Source: Myxococcota bacterium
Lineage (GTDB): Bacteria > Myxococcota > Kuafuiibacteriia > Kuafuiibacteriales > Kuafuiibacteriaceae
Direction of reading: 5' to 3'
DNA: 64,000 nt
Assembly: GCA_050331295.1 (NCBI GenBank)
Contig: JBHJGZ010000009.1
Location: 13,824-77,823 of the forward strand
Below, in pieces: positions 9,629 to 18,576 of this stretch (position 1 is its first letter; each line of letters begins with the position of its first letter). Both the position numbers and the translations under genes were made by a program. The notes under the pieces are model-generated. The model was not told where the DNA came from. It was given only the letters and a program-made list of their open reading frames with translations, and made no database searches.

Positions 9629-10063
9629 TCAAGCACCGATGCTCACAACGCAAATGAAGCGTTCGTCCAATTCCTCACCGCATGAGAGCGGGAGCGTACC
9701 CTGCGGGCGCCCCTCCAAGTCTTCCGAAAGCTCTGGGGCCTCGCACGTAAATGCCGTGATGCTTGGCAGACCACCCGGATCACTGAGCAGAGTTTTGACT
9801 TGCACCGTTCCGGCGCCATCTTGTGCCACGCCCAGGATGTCTCCGGTCCCGGTCTCATAGCTGGCAAAAAAAGCCTGGCCCTCGTCGAGGGCTTCGACGA
9901 CGCAGCTGTCATTGGCATCGCGTACTGCACCGAAAGGCACGAAGCCACAGTTGCGCGAGGCCGATCCCGCCGCGCTTTCGAGCTCATCGTCGAGATCACA
10001 CGTTTCACGGACGCATCCGACTGCGGCGAAAATCCCCGCGAGCCATAGGCCTCTGGCCTTCAT
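9629..10063 (-). CDS. Small cysteine-rich lipoprotein, unknown function
   Basis: MKARGLWLAGIFAAVGC is a signal peptide with a lipobox. The mature part has about 8 Cys. The start could equally be at 10114. Confidence 0.45.
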   Translation of the reverse strand: MKARGLWLAGIFAAVGCVRETCDLDDELESAAGSASRNCGFVPFGAVRDANDSCVVEALDEGQAFFASYETGTGDILGVAQDGAGTVQVKTLLSDPGGLPSITAFTCEAPELSEDLEGRPQGTLPLSCGEELDERFICVVSIGA

Positions 10064-10121
10064 CGAAAGAAGAGACGGGGGGACGGTGGTCTGGGAAAGG
10101 AGGCCTGTGTCCATCGCAGGT

Positions 10122-11066
10122 TCACTCGAGGTGGTAGGCGATACGCTGATTTTGGGTTTCGATGGTGAGAAGGGCATTGTGTGCGACTTGAGGATGAGGC
10201 TCGAGGCGGATGCGGACCGCGAGCTTCGTCCCGGCCGATACTTGGATGGGCGGGAAGGGCAAATAGGTTTGGCTCCAGTGCGTCTCGGTCGCTGCCGGGC
10301 CCGTATCCAGGAGCACATCCTCATAAAGCCGTGCCGTGAACCAGCCAGCGAACCCGAGGAGCGTGCCGGTCCGGGTCACCGGCAACGAAAGGTCCTTTTC
10401 GAACCAACTTGCACAGGCATCGTCCTTGGTCGCCACGAGGTCGTGCATGACCTGGGCTGGGCCGAGGAGTGAGCTGTCCTCGATACGAATCTGATGTGCG
10501 CGGCCTTGCTGGAGCTCCAAAGCTTCCAGGGAGCTGAAGTCGAAACCGGCCATACGCGTACGCCACTGACCTGGACCTTGTCCGTAATAGAGAACCGGAT
10601 CGTCGACTGGAGCCAAGAAGAGTACGACCTGCTCTGGTATCATGATGCCGTTCGACGCCAAGAACCGGTCCCGGGTTCGGGCCACCACCGGCCACATGTC
10701 CTCGACGAAGGCGAGGTTGCCCAGCCACTCGCTCACGATCATCTCGACGGAGGTATCCAGCTCGAGTGTCGTGACGTCTCCCCGGAGCACGCGAATCCGG
10801 TCTTGGAGATCGTGAGCACGAATCAGCTGGGCGGCGGTATGGGCGATGTCTGTGCGTTCGATGGCGACCACCTCGCCTCCGGCCCGGGCGGCGGCCATCG
10901 CGAGAAGACCCGTGCCGCACCCGAGATCCAGGACCTGCATGCCGGGTCGAATGGCGGCTTCGAGAGCCATGACGAAGGCCTCGGTTCGGGTACGATCCAT
11001 GACCATTCGACGCTGCAGTTCGAGGTCTCCGTATCGAAGAAAAAAGTCTTCGTCGGGGCGGTTCAT
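10122..11066 (-). CDS. Class I SAM-dependent methyltransferase, protein arginine N-methyltransferase (PRMT)-like
   Basis: Has the PRMT-type pre-motif FFLRYGDLELQRRMVMDRTRTEAFVMAL and motif I VLDLGCGTGLLAMAAARAG. There is a C-terminal beta-barrel-like region. The start was chosen to avoid the divergent gene at 11136. Confidence 0.6.
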   Translation of the reverse strand: MNRPDEDFFLRYGDLELQRRMVMDRTRTEAFVMALEAAIRPGMQVLDLGCGTGLLAMAAARAGGEVVAIERTDIAHTAAQLIRAHDLQDRIRVLRGDVTTLELDTSVEMIVSEWLGNLAFVEDMWPVVARTRDRFLASNGIMIPEQVVLFLAPVDDPVLYYGQGPGQWRTRMAGFDFSSLEALELQQGRAHQIRIEDSSLLGPAQVMHDLVATKDDACASWFEKDLSLPVTRTGTLLGFAGWFTARLYEDVLLDTGPAATETHWSQTYLPFPPIQVSAGTKLAVRIRLEPHPQVAHNALLTIETQNQRIAYHLE

Positions 11067-11135
11067 AAAATGGTGACCACGGGTGCGTGAGCCGGGAACA
11101 TGATGTCGATGATCCGCACGGTCAATGGCAGAAGC

Positions 11136-12665
11136 ATGACCGGGCTCCATCTCGAGCACCGGAAACGAGCTTTCGAACCGTTGAGCTTGATTTGGGTGGC
11201 GATCACGGCCTGTGGAACCTCTCTCCCACCCGTCACTTTGATTCCCGACCCTCCAGACGCCGCCGTCTCTTTTACGCCCGAGCAGACCGACGGGCTCTCC
11301 ATCGTGGTCAGTACCGACCTGAACGGCCAATTGGTGGGTGATGATCCGTTGAGAGAGGGCCTTCTCGGGTGGTCTGGTCGGGTCGACCGAGTTCCCGAAC
11401 CAAAGCTACTGTTGGACAACGGCGACGCGTGGAACGGAGGTTCGGTGTCGAATGTTCTTCAAGGTCGTCCGGTCCGCGAGGTGTTCGAACTGATGGGAGT
11501 TCAGGCGGTGAACCTGGGCAATCACGAGTTTGACCGGGGTCAGGATGACTTGCGGAGCCTCGAATCGCGTTTTCGCCTGTTGAGCTGCAATCTTCGGATG
11601 GGCGGACGGTCACCGGACTACGCCGAGCCGTTCGTGGTTCTTCATGAGGCGGGATTCAAGGTCGGAGTGGTGGGACTTCAGTCGGAGACACTTCCTCAAC
11701 GGACCCGTGTACGACATACCGAAGGATTGACGGTGCTTCCAGCCGAACAAGTGCTGAAGTCTTGTGTCTCCGACGCTCGAGGGGCGGGCGCGGAAGTCGT
11801 GGTGGTTTTATACCACGAGGATCCAGCCAAGGTTCGGCGCTTCATGCTGAAGGTCGATTTAGCCGGAGTCGACCTCGTGGTTGCATCGGATCGTCAGCCT
11901 GGATTTCACACTCGGATCAAAGGTATCGCGATGGTCCAGCCGGGTGGCTTGGGGCGGTCCGTGGCGGTCGCCAGGTTCGTTCGGGATCCTCGGGGAGTGA
12001 GGCTCAATCGGCTGTGGCTGGAGGACGGTCGGTACGATCCACCGCCGGAGGTTGCACGCGTCATTCTCCACGCCCAGCGCGAGGCGGCTCGGGTGTTGGA
12101 CGCATCGGTCGGGACCGCACCGACGAATCTCGCGGTCGGAGACTTTCATCAATCACCGTTGGGCCAGTTCACGGCACAGGCGTGGCTCGCGGCGGTTCCG
12201 GACGCCGATGTCGCGTTGCTCAACCACGGAGCACTCCGGCATCCTCTCATTCAGGGGCCGGTCAGTGAGGCGCAACTTCGGGATGCGCTTCCGTTCGATG
12301 ATGAGCTGGTACTCGTGACTTTGACCGGCGCCCAGCTTCGAGAGGCATTGACGAAGGCACCAGTCGCCGGTGGATTTCGGTGGAGTTACACGGTGGACCA
12401 GAAGGGCATCCGGCCTCTCTCAGTGGTCCATCAAGACGGGTATTCCGTGGAGGAGGACCGAAGCCTGCAGGTCCTCATGCCCGAATTCCTGGCCGAGGGC
12501 GGCGATGACTTCCCACTCGAACAGTATCCGCGTCGACCGACGGGTGTGCGGATGAGAGCACCAGTGCGTGAGGCATTGGCCAGTCAGGCGCCATTGAATC
12601 GAAACACATTGGCGCCACGAGCAACTTTTGTGTCTCGTGCGCACGCCCGGTCCAGACCGCGGTGA
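11136..12665 (+). CDS. 5'-nucleotidase/UshA-like metallophosphoesterase lipoprotein
   Basis: The signal plus lipobox is LIWVAITACG. The metallophosphoesterase motifs DNGDAWNG and NLGNHEFD are present, and the C-terminal 5'-nucleotidase domain includes LNHGALR. Confidence 0.75.
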   Translation: MTGLHLEHRKRAFEPLSLIWVAITACGTSLPPVTLIPDPPDAAVSFTPEQTDGLSIVVSTDLNGQLVGDDPLREGLLGWSGRVDRVPEPKLLLDNGDAWNGGSVSNVLQGRPVREVFELMGVQAVNLGNHEFDRGQDDLRSLESRFRLLSCNLRMGGRSPDYAEPFVVLHEAGFKVGVVGLQSETLPQRTRVRHTEGLTVLPAEQVLKSCVSDARGAGAEVVVVLYHEDPAKVRRFMLKVDLAGVDLVVASDRQPGFHTRIKGIAMVQPGGLGRSVAVARFVRDPRGVRLNRLWLEDGRYDPPPEVARVILHAQREAARVLDASVGTAPTNLAVGDFHQSPLGQFTAQAWLAAVPDADVALLNHGALRHPLIQGPVSEAQLRDALPFDDELVLVTLTGAQLREALTKAPVAGGFRWSYTVDQKGIRPLSVVHQDGYSVEEDRSLQVLMPEFLAEGGDDFPLEQYPRRPTGVRMRAPVREALASQAPLNRNTLAPRATFVSRAHARSRPR

Positions 12666-12707
12666 CGAGCGAGCGGGGTTCAGCCATCCGCGGGATGGAC
12701 CGCAGGC

Positions 12708-13577
12708 TCATGGTGAAAATTTTCGGTACACTCCGACCACAACGCCCAGGAGCGAGGTCGAACGAAAATCCGACCGCCTCACCACGATGGGGTCCATGCT
12801 GGCATTCTCGGGGATGAAGCGGATCACGTCTCCGTCGGGCTCGTAGCGTTTCACGGTGGCCTCACCGTCGATCATGGCCACGACGATGTCGCCGCGGTGG
12901 GCCTCCAGCTGCTTTCGCACGAAAATGTAGTCTCCGTCGAAGATCCCGGCGTCGATCATGGAGTCGCCCGATACGCGGAGCGCGTAGAGCTGGTCGCTGG
13001 GCGCACTCCCGACGAAGAACCGGTCGACGTGAACCGTAGCTTCCGCGTGCTCGTCGGCCAGGATGGGACTCCCTGCGGCGACGCGGCCGAGAACTCTGAT
13101 GGCCACGGACTCGGTATGGGACGGGATGAGGGCCGAAACGACGTTCGCGCCCGGTCCCGAGCTCGACGGTCGACTCCTGCCCGCATCGGCGGAGTTGGAA
13201 TCGATGCGCTCGGGTCCGGCGGCACCCGCCTCGCGGGCGTCTTGCCGCGGCGCCATGATGGGCTCGATGTCAGGATCCGCGTCGATCCGGGCCTCGAACC
13301 CGCCTATCTTCGGGGTAGGGTCGCGGCGTCGCGCGGCTTCTTCATGCAAATCATCGAGGGAAGGAATCGACACCGGTCGAAGGGCCCGACTCTTGAGCCC
13401 CTCCCGCCGGAGGTAGCCTTTCCGCTCGAGCGCTTTCAGATGGTCATTTACCCCGTTGGTCGATCGAATCCCCATCTCCTCTCCGATCTCCCGAATCGTC
13501 GGTGGGTAGCCCTGTTCCTCGATCCGACGGGAGATAAAGCTCAAGATCTCTTGTTGGCGCGGGGTGAGGCCGTGCAT
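12708..13577 (-). CDS. lexA: LexA repressor (S24 peptidase) with an unusually long interdomain linker
   Basis: The N-terminal wHTH is [56 protein letters not shown]. The C-terminal S24 domain has SGDSM…[15 protein letters not shown]. The two are separated by a roughly 90-aa low-complexity linker, giving 290 aa where LexA is typically 200-230 aa. The ATG is at 13577. Confidence 0.9.
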   Translation of the reverse strand: MHGLTPRQQEILSFISRRIEEQGYPPTIREIGEEMGIRSTNGVNDHLKALERKGYLRREGLKSRALRPVSIPSLDDLHEEAARRRDPTPKIGGFEARIDADPDIEPIMAPRQDAREAGAAGPERIDSNSADAGRSRPSSSGPGANVVSALIPSHTESVAIRVLGRVAAGSPILADEHAEATVHVDRFFVGSAPSDQLYALRVSGDSMIDAGIFDGDYIFVRKQLEAHRGDIVVAMIDGEATVKRYEPDGDVIRFIPENASMDPIVVRRSDFRSTSLLGVVVGVYRKFSP

Positions 13578-13591
13578 GGGACCCACCCTAA

Positions 13592-13606
13592 CTGAACAAT
13601 TGTTTC
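13592..13606. promoter_or_regulatory. Imperfect palindrome CTGAACAATTGTTTC (GAAC-N4-GTTT), a candidate LexA operator 15-29 nt upstream of the lexA start
   Basis: It is seen directly in the sequence. It resembles GAAC-N4-GTTC (Cheo-type) boxes with one mismatch. On the reverse strand it reads ACAATTGTTCAGT, which partly matches the GTTCAG core of the myxobacterial LexA box. Confidence 0.45.
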
Positions 13607-13640
13607 GGCGCAACAGATGAGGCGCCGGGTTCAACCGGGG

Positions 13641-14198
13641 CTACAGCCGTTCACGTAGTCGGCGGATGGCGCCCAGCACTTCTTCGTCTTCCGCCCAGTG
13701 CTCCAGCGCTTGAAGTCGCTGTTGAAGCAGGCGCGCGTTCGGGGTCTGCCCCTCGGCCATCAATTCTTCGAGGTGAACGAGGACCGCCCGCAACAAGCGC
13801 TCCTCTCGAACGTCCAACAAGGCCACCATCAGGCGCGCGTCGCGGGGCAGCGGGTCCTCCGATTCCAGCACCGGAGCCAACGTCCTGGATGAGGGATCCT
13901 TGGTCAGAGCCGCGAGGCGCGTCTTTCGACCCTTCGCCTGGACATCCTGCGGCCCCAGCTTGGCCTTCATGGATTCCGGAAGGTCGGTTCCTCCGGGGGA
14001 GAACAGCTTGTCCAACTGGGACCGGTAAACAGAATAGGCGTGGGTACGACTCGCTCGCTCCCGCTGCTCTTCGACTTCATCGCGGCGTCTGGAAGCGCGG
14101 CCTCGGGATTGGTCGATCTCCCGCCAGGACTTCTTCCGGTCGTCCCCCACGGTCTGGTCAACCTTCCTGTTCGTCTTTGGACTTACGGGTGTCGTCAA
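13641..14198 (-). CDS. Hypothetical highly charged protein (K/R/E-rich N-terminus, helical C-terminus) upstream of lexA on the same strand
   Basis: 185-aa ORF, …KKSWREIDQSRGRASRRRDEVEEQRE…LLDVREERLLRAVLVHLEELMAEGQ…. I found no recognisable domain. Its first 41 nt overlap the next gene in another frame, so the true start may be internal. Confidence 0.4.
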   Translation of the reverse strand: MTTPVSPKTNRKVDQTVGDDRKKSWREIDQSRGRASRRRDEVEEQRERASRTHAYSVYRSQLDKLFSPGGTDLPESMKAKLGPQDVQAKGRKTRLAALTKDPSSRTLAPVLESEDPLPRDARLMVALLDVREERLLRAVLVHLEELMAEGQTPNARLLQQRLQALEHWAEDEEVLGAIRRLRERL

Positions 14199-14517
14199 AG
14201 AGCCGTGCGTCGGTCGGGTCCTTGCTCTGGTGGCCGAGAATCACGTTCAGCGCCCGCACCAGCTTCTTGCGGCAGAGGCGACTCACCGGTCGTCCGTCCA
14301 TGGCGTCCCGCACCGTTCGGACCGACACGCCTCGGCCCAAACCTTTAGGCTTCGGCGCATCGGCATCGGCGTAGCCCTTCTTGGCCCGGCGGGCACTGGC
14401 GCGCTTGACCATCAATTCCCTGTCTTCGGAGGTCCGGTGCTCCAGCGCGGCGGATTCGCGCACAACCTGCTGGAGGTCGATCCCGTGCTCTTCCAAGAAG
14501 TCCCCAAATCTGGACAT
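14158..14517 (-). CDS. Hypothetical small basic protein
   Basis: 119 aa, MSRFGDFLEEHGIDLQQVV…VSVRTVRDAMDGRPVSRLCRKKLVRALNVILG…. It may be DNA-binding, but I found no confident homology. Confidence 0.35.
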   Translation of the reverse strand: MSRFGDFLEEHGIDLQQVVRESAALEHRTSEDRELMVKRASARRAKKGYADADAPKPKGLGRGVSVRTVRDAMDGRPVSRLCRKKLVRALNVILGHQSKDPTDARLFDDTRKSKDEQEG

Positions 14518-14615
14518 GGGCTGGGAAGGCTACTCCCGGCCGCATCAAAGTCAAGCAAGAGTGCTGGACGAGCGCCTCGGTTTCCTTCACCCCGACCCGG
14601 CCGACGACTTGGGAA

Positions 14616-15923
14616 TTGGACCTTCCAAATCCGCCACGCTACGTCCGAGCGGTGCGGGCTTGGGGGTGGCTTGTCTTCGTCCTGGTGCCTTCGGAGGCAT
14701 GGGCGGAGTTGTTTGTACCCATCGTCGGCGATGTGCCCAGCGTTCGCCGTCGGTCGATCGTGATGTCCAGGGACGTGGCCACCCAAGCCACGATACAGCA
14801 GTGGATTCTCTCTGGTGGGTCTTCCCGATTCGTTCACATTCAACCCTTCCCGACCCGGCCGGGATGGGGCCCTGCACCCGAAGGGTTGTGGAGTGCCCTG
14901 GACGAGGCTTGTGCGGCGGAGGCGCCGTACCACCGCGATCTGAACCGCAGACCCCTGGGGCCGTCTGTTCTTTCTCGCCTTTTTCCCCAACCGGACCAGC
15001 CGGCGGTCGCGTCCTCCGAAAGGCTCGAAGGCGCGCCGGCGAGCCGGATTGTTCGTGAGGTGTTCACGGGCTTTGCCAAGTCCTCGACCACTACTCCGGG
15101 GGTCTTCCATCTCCCCGACGACATCGACCGATTCTTTGAACGCTACGGAGCCCGACCGGAGCCCGAAGCGCGTCGAGCCATCGCTTTCTATCTGAATCGA
15201 GGTTTTGCGCTCCTGGCCACCGTCTACGAAACGGAAGGACCGCCCGGGCCCCACCGCATTGGGCCCGAACGCTACACCTTCGTGTCCAACGAATTGACGA
15301 TTCCCATCTACGCTCCGGATTCCGGAGAAATCGTCGACTTCCACACTCTGGGATCTCAAGCGTGGCAACCCCGCGACGTGCCCGTAGACTGGTCAGAAGA
15401 GCCTTGGCTGCATCCCGAGCCCACCGAGTCCGCCATGTTGGCGGATTGCGCCCGAACGCTCGATTCGGACGAGGCTCGGGCTCAACCGCTGGTTCGGTCG
15501 TTGGGACCTGTTTTCGACCGTCTCACGGTGGTTCGGTACCGCTGGCGTCCCCCGAGGGAACGGTACGTTTCCGTCCGTTTCAGGCCGGAGGTCCATCGGC
15601 CGGTCCCGGCGCAAGAAGCGGGGACGCCTCGCGATTACATGTTGTGCTTCGTGCTCGGACTGGCGCCTCTTTTCTACGCGCCCGAATCGTGGCTCCTGTG
15701 GTGGGCGCAATCGAGCGTTCGGGGGGTTTTGCGCCGGCGCCTTTGGGCCTTCTGGCCCATCGCCGTTTCCGCGTTCTGGCTTTCGACCCTTGAAGGGCCG
15801 GGTCGCATCGCAGGATTGGCCCCTCTGCTGCTGGGGCTCTGGTGGATCGCTCGGCCGCTGCCGGAAGAGGACCGTCCGTTCGTTCGCTCGAGCTTCAAGA
15901 AGCGAAAGACCGTCGCCGACTGA
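14616..15923 (+). CDS. Hypothetical exported/membrane protein
   Basis: Has an N-terminal signal peptide (VRAWGWLVFVLVPSEAWA), a large soluble domain, and Trp-rich TM helices at the C-terminus (…WLLWWAQ…LLLGLWWIARP). I prefer it over the antisense ORF 14412..15368. Confidence 0.5.
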   Translation: MDLPNPPRYVRAVRAWGWLVFVLVPSEAWAELFVPIVGDVPSVRRRSIVMSRDVATQATIQQWILSGGSSRFVHIQPFPTRPGWGPAPEGLWSALDEACAAEAPYHRDLNRRPLGPSVLSRLFPQPDQPAVASSERLEGAPASRIVREVFTGFAKSSTTTPGVFHLPDDIDRFFERYGARPEPEARRAIAFYLNRGFALLATVYETEGPPGPHRIGPERYTFVSNELTIPIYAPDSGEIVDFHTLGSQAWQPRDVPVDWSEEPWLHPEPTESAMLADCARTLDSDEARAQPLVRSLGPVFDRLTVVRYRWRPPRERYVSVRFRPEVHRPVPAQEAGTPRDYMLCFVLGLAPLFYAPESWLLWWAQSSVRGVLRRRLWAFWPIAVSAFWLSTLEGPGRIAGLAPLLLGLWWIARPLPEEDRPFVRSSFKKRKTVAD

Positions 15924-15938
15924 TCGTCGCCGCACCCG

Positions 15939-16793
15939 TCAAGACAGGAGCTCGGAACCATAGCGGGACAAGAAGTCCTCCAGGCTTTGCTGCCAGGACG
16001 GCATTTCCGGATGTCCTTCGAGGCGGAGCCGTCGATTCTCCAGTCGGCTGTTCTTCGGTCTCGGGGCTGGACGCGCGAACGCCTCCGAGCTGACCGGCAG
16101 AAGCTCTCTGGTCAGTCGCAATCCCTCCAGGGCGAGCTCCGCGAAGTCGTACCACGTACACTCGCCGGAACAGGTGCCGTGAAGGGTACCGGGGATCGGC
16201 GTATCCAGGAGTCGGTCCGTCAACTCCGCGACGGCTTCACACGACGTGGGGCTGCCATGCTGGTCCGTCACCATCTTCAAGGCACCTTCTGAAGCGCGTG
16301 CGATTCGGGCAACCGTATGAAGAAAACTCGGTCCCCCGGAGCCGTAAAGCCAAGCGATCCGGATGATGGTGTGGGCAGGACAATGATGACGGACCGCCTC
16401 CTCGGCTGCGAGCTTCGATTGGCCGTAGACGGTCTTGGGCCCGGTCGGATCCCACTCGTGATACGGTCGGTCGAGGTCGCCCGCGAACACGTAGTCAGTC
16501 GAATAGGTGACGAGGTGTGCGCCCACGCGGTGGGCGGAGGCGGCGACGTGGGCGGTGGCGACCGCGTTTCCCAGAAAGGCGGCATCGGCCTCGGTCTCCG
16601 CGAGATCGACCTTGGTGTACGCTGCGCAGTGCACGACCACGTCTGGAAGGACATCTTGAAGTGCCGCTCGCACCGCTGCCCCGTCGGTGAGGTCGAGTTC
16701 CGCTCGGGTCGGTGCCACGACGTCTCGATGCTCCCAGTGTCGGAGCAGCGTTCGACCGAGCATGCCATTTCCGCCGGTGAGAAAGACCTTCAT
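15939..16793 (-). CDS. rmlD: dTDP-4-dehydrorhamnose reductase
   Basis: Shows the RmlD pattern MKVFLTGGNGMLG…VVHCAAYTKVD…YSTDYVF…YGQSK. The start at 16793 is preceded by an SD-like GGGGAGAC. Confidence 0.85.
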   Translation of the reverse strand: MKVFLTGGNGMLGRTLLRHWEHRDVVAPTRAELDLTDGAAVRAALQDVLPDVVVHCAAYTKVDLAETEADAAFLGNAVATAHVAASAHRVGAHLVTYSTDYVFAGDLDRPYHEWDPTGPKTVYGQSKLAAEEAVRHHCPAHTIIRIAWLYGSGGPSFLHTVARIARASEGALKMVTDQHGSPTSCEAVAELTDRLLDTPIPGTLHGTCSGECTWYDFAELALEGLRLTRELLPVSSEAFARPAPRPKNSRLENRRLRLEGHPEMPSWQQSLEDFLSRYGSELLS

Positions 16794-16870
16794 ATCGTCC
16801 GTCTCCCCGGGGGCCGGGTCGAGGTCAATGATGCCTTGTCTAGAAATGCCGGAGGCGATGCCATCGGACG

Positions 16871-17827
16871 ATGGTGCATGCACCCGCCCTCGGGATCCTG
16901 AAGGCCCGGAAGCGCATGAACGACGGCATTCGCCGCTTCTTCGACCAACGAGGATTCTTGGAGGTGGAGACGCCGATCGCCGTCCGTTCGCCGGGAATCG
17001 AGCCGCACCTGGAGCCATTCTCGATCGAGTTTGTCGCACCGAACCGAAGCCGGCACTCCTTGTTCCTGCAGACGTCGCCGGAATTCGCCATGAAGCGTCT
17101 CTTGGCGAGCGGCACTGGCTCCATTTATCAACTCGCGCGGGTCTTTCGGAACGGGGAGTCGTCGAACCACCATACCCCCGAGTTCACGATGCTGGAGTTC
17201 TATCGAAGCGGGGCCTCGCTCGCAGAGTTGAGTGAGGATGTGGTCGGTCTGGTTCGGCATCTCGCAGCGTTGTTGCAGGTGGCGCCCCCAGCCCCGGTGG
17301 CGAGACGTACCGTCTCCGAGCTTTTCGCTGAGGCAGGCCTGATGGATCCGCTGGACCTGCAGCAGAGCGTTGACGCTTTGAGTCAGGGCCTCCAAGTGGC
17401 GGCCGCACCGGACGACGATTGGGAGGACGTCTTCTTCAAGGTCTTCCTGGAACGTGTCGAATCTCTCCTTCCGTCTCGACAGCTCACTCTGCTGTCCGGG
17501 TATCCGGCTCGAATGGCAGCCCTCTCGGAACTCGATCCCGGCGATGATCGAAAGGCGCTGCGCATGGAAGTTTATTGGGGGCAGCTCGAACTCGGGAACG
17601 CCTATCAGGAACTGACGGATCCAGCGGAACAGCGACGGCGCTTCGAATCGGACAACGGGCTTCGGCTCAGGCTTGGCCGTACGCCGATGCCGATCGATCA
17701 GGACCTCCTGGCAGACCTGCCCGCGATGGGCCGCGCGGCTGGCATCGCGATCGGGACGGATCGCCTGCTCATGAAGCTGCTCGGCCTGCGCCGGGTTCAG
17801 GACGTACTGTGCTTTCCCGTGGCCTAA
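16871..17827 (+). CDS. epmA: Elongation factor P--(R)-beta-lysine ligase (truncated LysRS class II paralogue)
   Basis: Contains IRRFFDQRGFLEVETP, FLQTSPEFAMKRLLA, the class-II motif YQLARVFRNGE and LGxxRL. Confidence 0.85.
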   Translation: MVHAPALGILKARKRMNDGIRRFFDQRGFLEVETPIAVRSPGIEPHLEPFSIEFVAPNRSRHSLFLQTSPEFAMKRLLASGTGSIYQLARVFRNGESSNHHTPEFTMLEFYRSGASLAELSEDVVGLVRHLAALLQVAPPAPVARRTVSELFAEAGLMDPLDLQQSVDALSQGLQVAAAPDDDWEDVFFKVFLERVESLLPSRQLTLLSGYPARMAALSELDPGDDRKALRMEVYWGQLELGNAYQELTDPAEQRRRFESDNGLRLRLGRTPMPIDQDLLADLPAMGRAAGIAIGTDRLLMKLLGLRRVQDVLCFPVA

Positions 17828-17877
17828 ATTCATCGGATCGGTTGCGACGCGAAGGTCACCGTGAAAGCACGTTTTGG

Positions 17878-18576
17878 ATGTCTCGAAGGATTCGGAAGCA
17901 TGCGAATCCGTTCAACGTCACCACGCGGTTGGGGCGGGTGGATCGAGCCGCCATCTTTGGTCGAACCGCGCCGGTTGAGATCGACCTGGGTTGCGGCGGA
18001 GCGAAGCTCTTGTTCGAACGAGCGCGCAACCATCCAGACCTGGATTTCATGGGTCTCGAGGTTCGGCGCCCCGTGGTGGAGCTAGCGATGGCTCGGAAAG
18101 TGAAGGAAGGACCATCCAACGTCGTGGTCTTCTATGCTAACGCACACGGCAATCTCGAGGACCTCGTGGAACCGGGTGGGGTTAGGATGTTTCACATTCA
18201 CTTCCCCGATCCTTGCTTCAAGAAGAAGCATCGCAAGCGACGGATCCTTCAACCACCCCTCGTTCGACGGATGGCGGAGCTCCTTCCTGTGGGAGGTGTG
18301 GTGTACGCACAGTCGGACGTTCGTCCTCTCGCGGAAGAGATGGCTCATTTCCTTTCCCATGAATCTGCTTTCGAGGGGCGGATCCTCGAGCGAGACGAGC
18401 ACCCCATTCCGGAGCGAACGGAATGGGAGCTTCAACATGAGCGAGAAGGGGAACCAGTCTATCGGATGTGGTTCGCCAAGGTCCGCGAGCCTTCGGGCCC
18501 CGTCCACGGATATGACCTCCGCGACACGCGTCCGCCCGAGCTTCGGAGGGAGGGTGAGGCGGAAGAGACGGAATGA
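17878..18576 (+). CDS. trmB: tRNA (guanine46-N7)-methyltransferase
   Basis: MSRRIRKHANPF…EIDLGCGGAKLL…FHIHFPDPCFKKKHRKRR…YAQSD are TrmB hallmarks. I chose the ATG at 17878 over the long Arg-rich extension in the track. Confidence 0.85.
   Translation: MSRRIRKHANPFNVTTRLGRVDRAAIFGRTAPVEIDLGCGGAKLLFERARNHPDLDFMGLEVRRPVVELAMARKVKEGPSNVVVFYANAHGNLEDLVEPGGVRMFHIHFPDPCFKKKHRKRRILQPPLVRRMAELLPVGGVVYAQSDVRPLAEEMAHFLSHESAFEGRILERDEHPIPERTEWELQHEREGEPVYRMWFAKVREPSGPVHGYDLRDTRPPELRREGEAEETE

Noticed and set aside
17575-17877. Long N-terminal extensions in track ORFs (17575 for trmB; 7354 for the redoxin-like gene; 8258 for rluA; 11330 for the methyltransferase; 17039 for rmlD; 10324 for the lipoprotein; 34214 for the acyltransferase; 43574 for the J-like protein)
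   Set aside because: The extensions are Arg-rich and non-protein-like. They overlap upstream genes and precede canonical family N-termini or signal peptides. I chose internal Met/GTG starts, which I verified at the DNA level.
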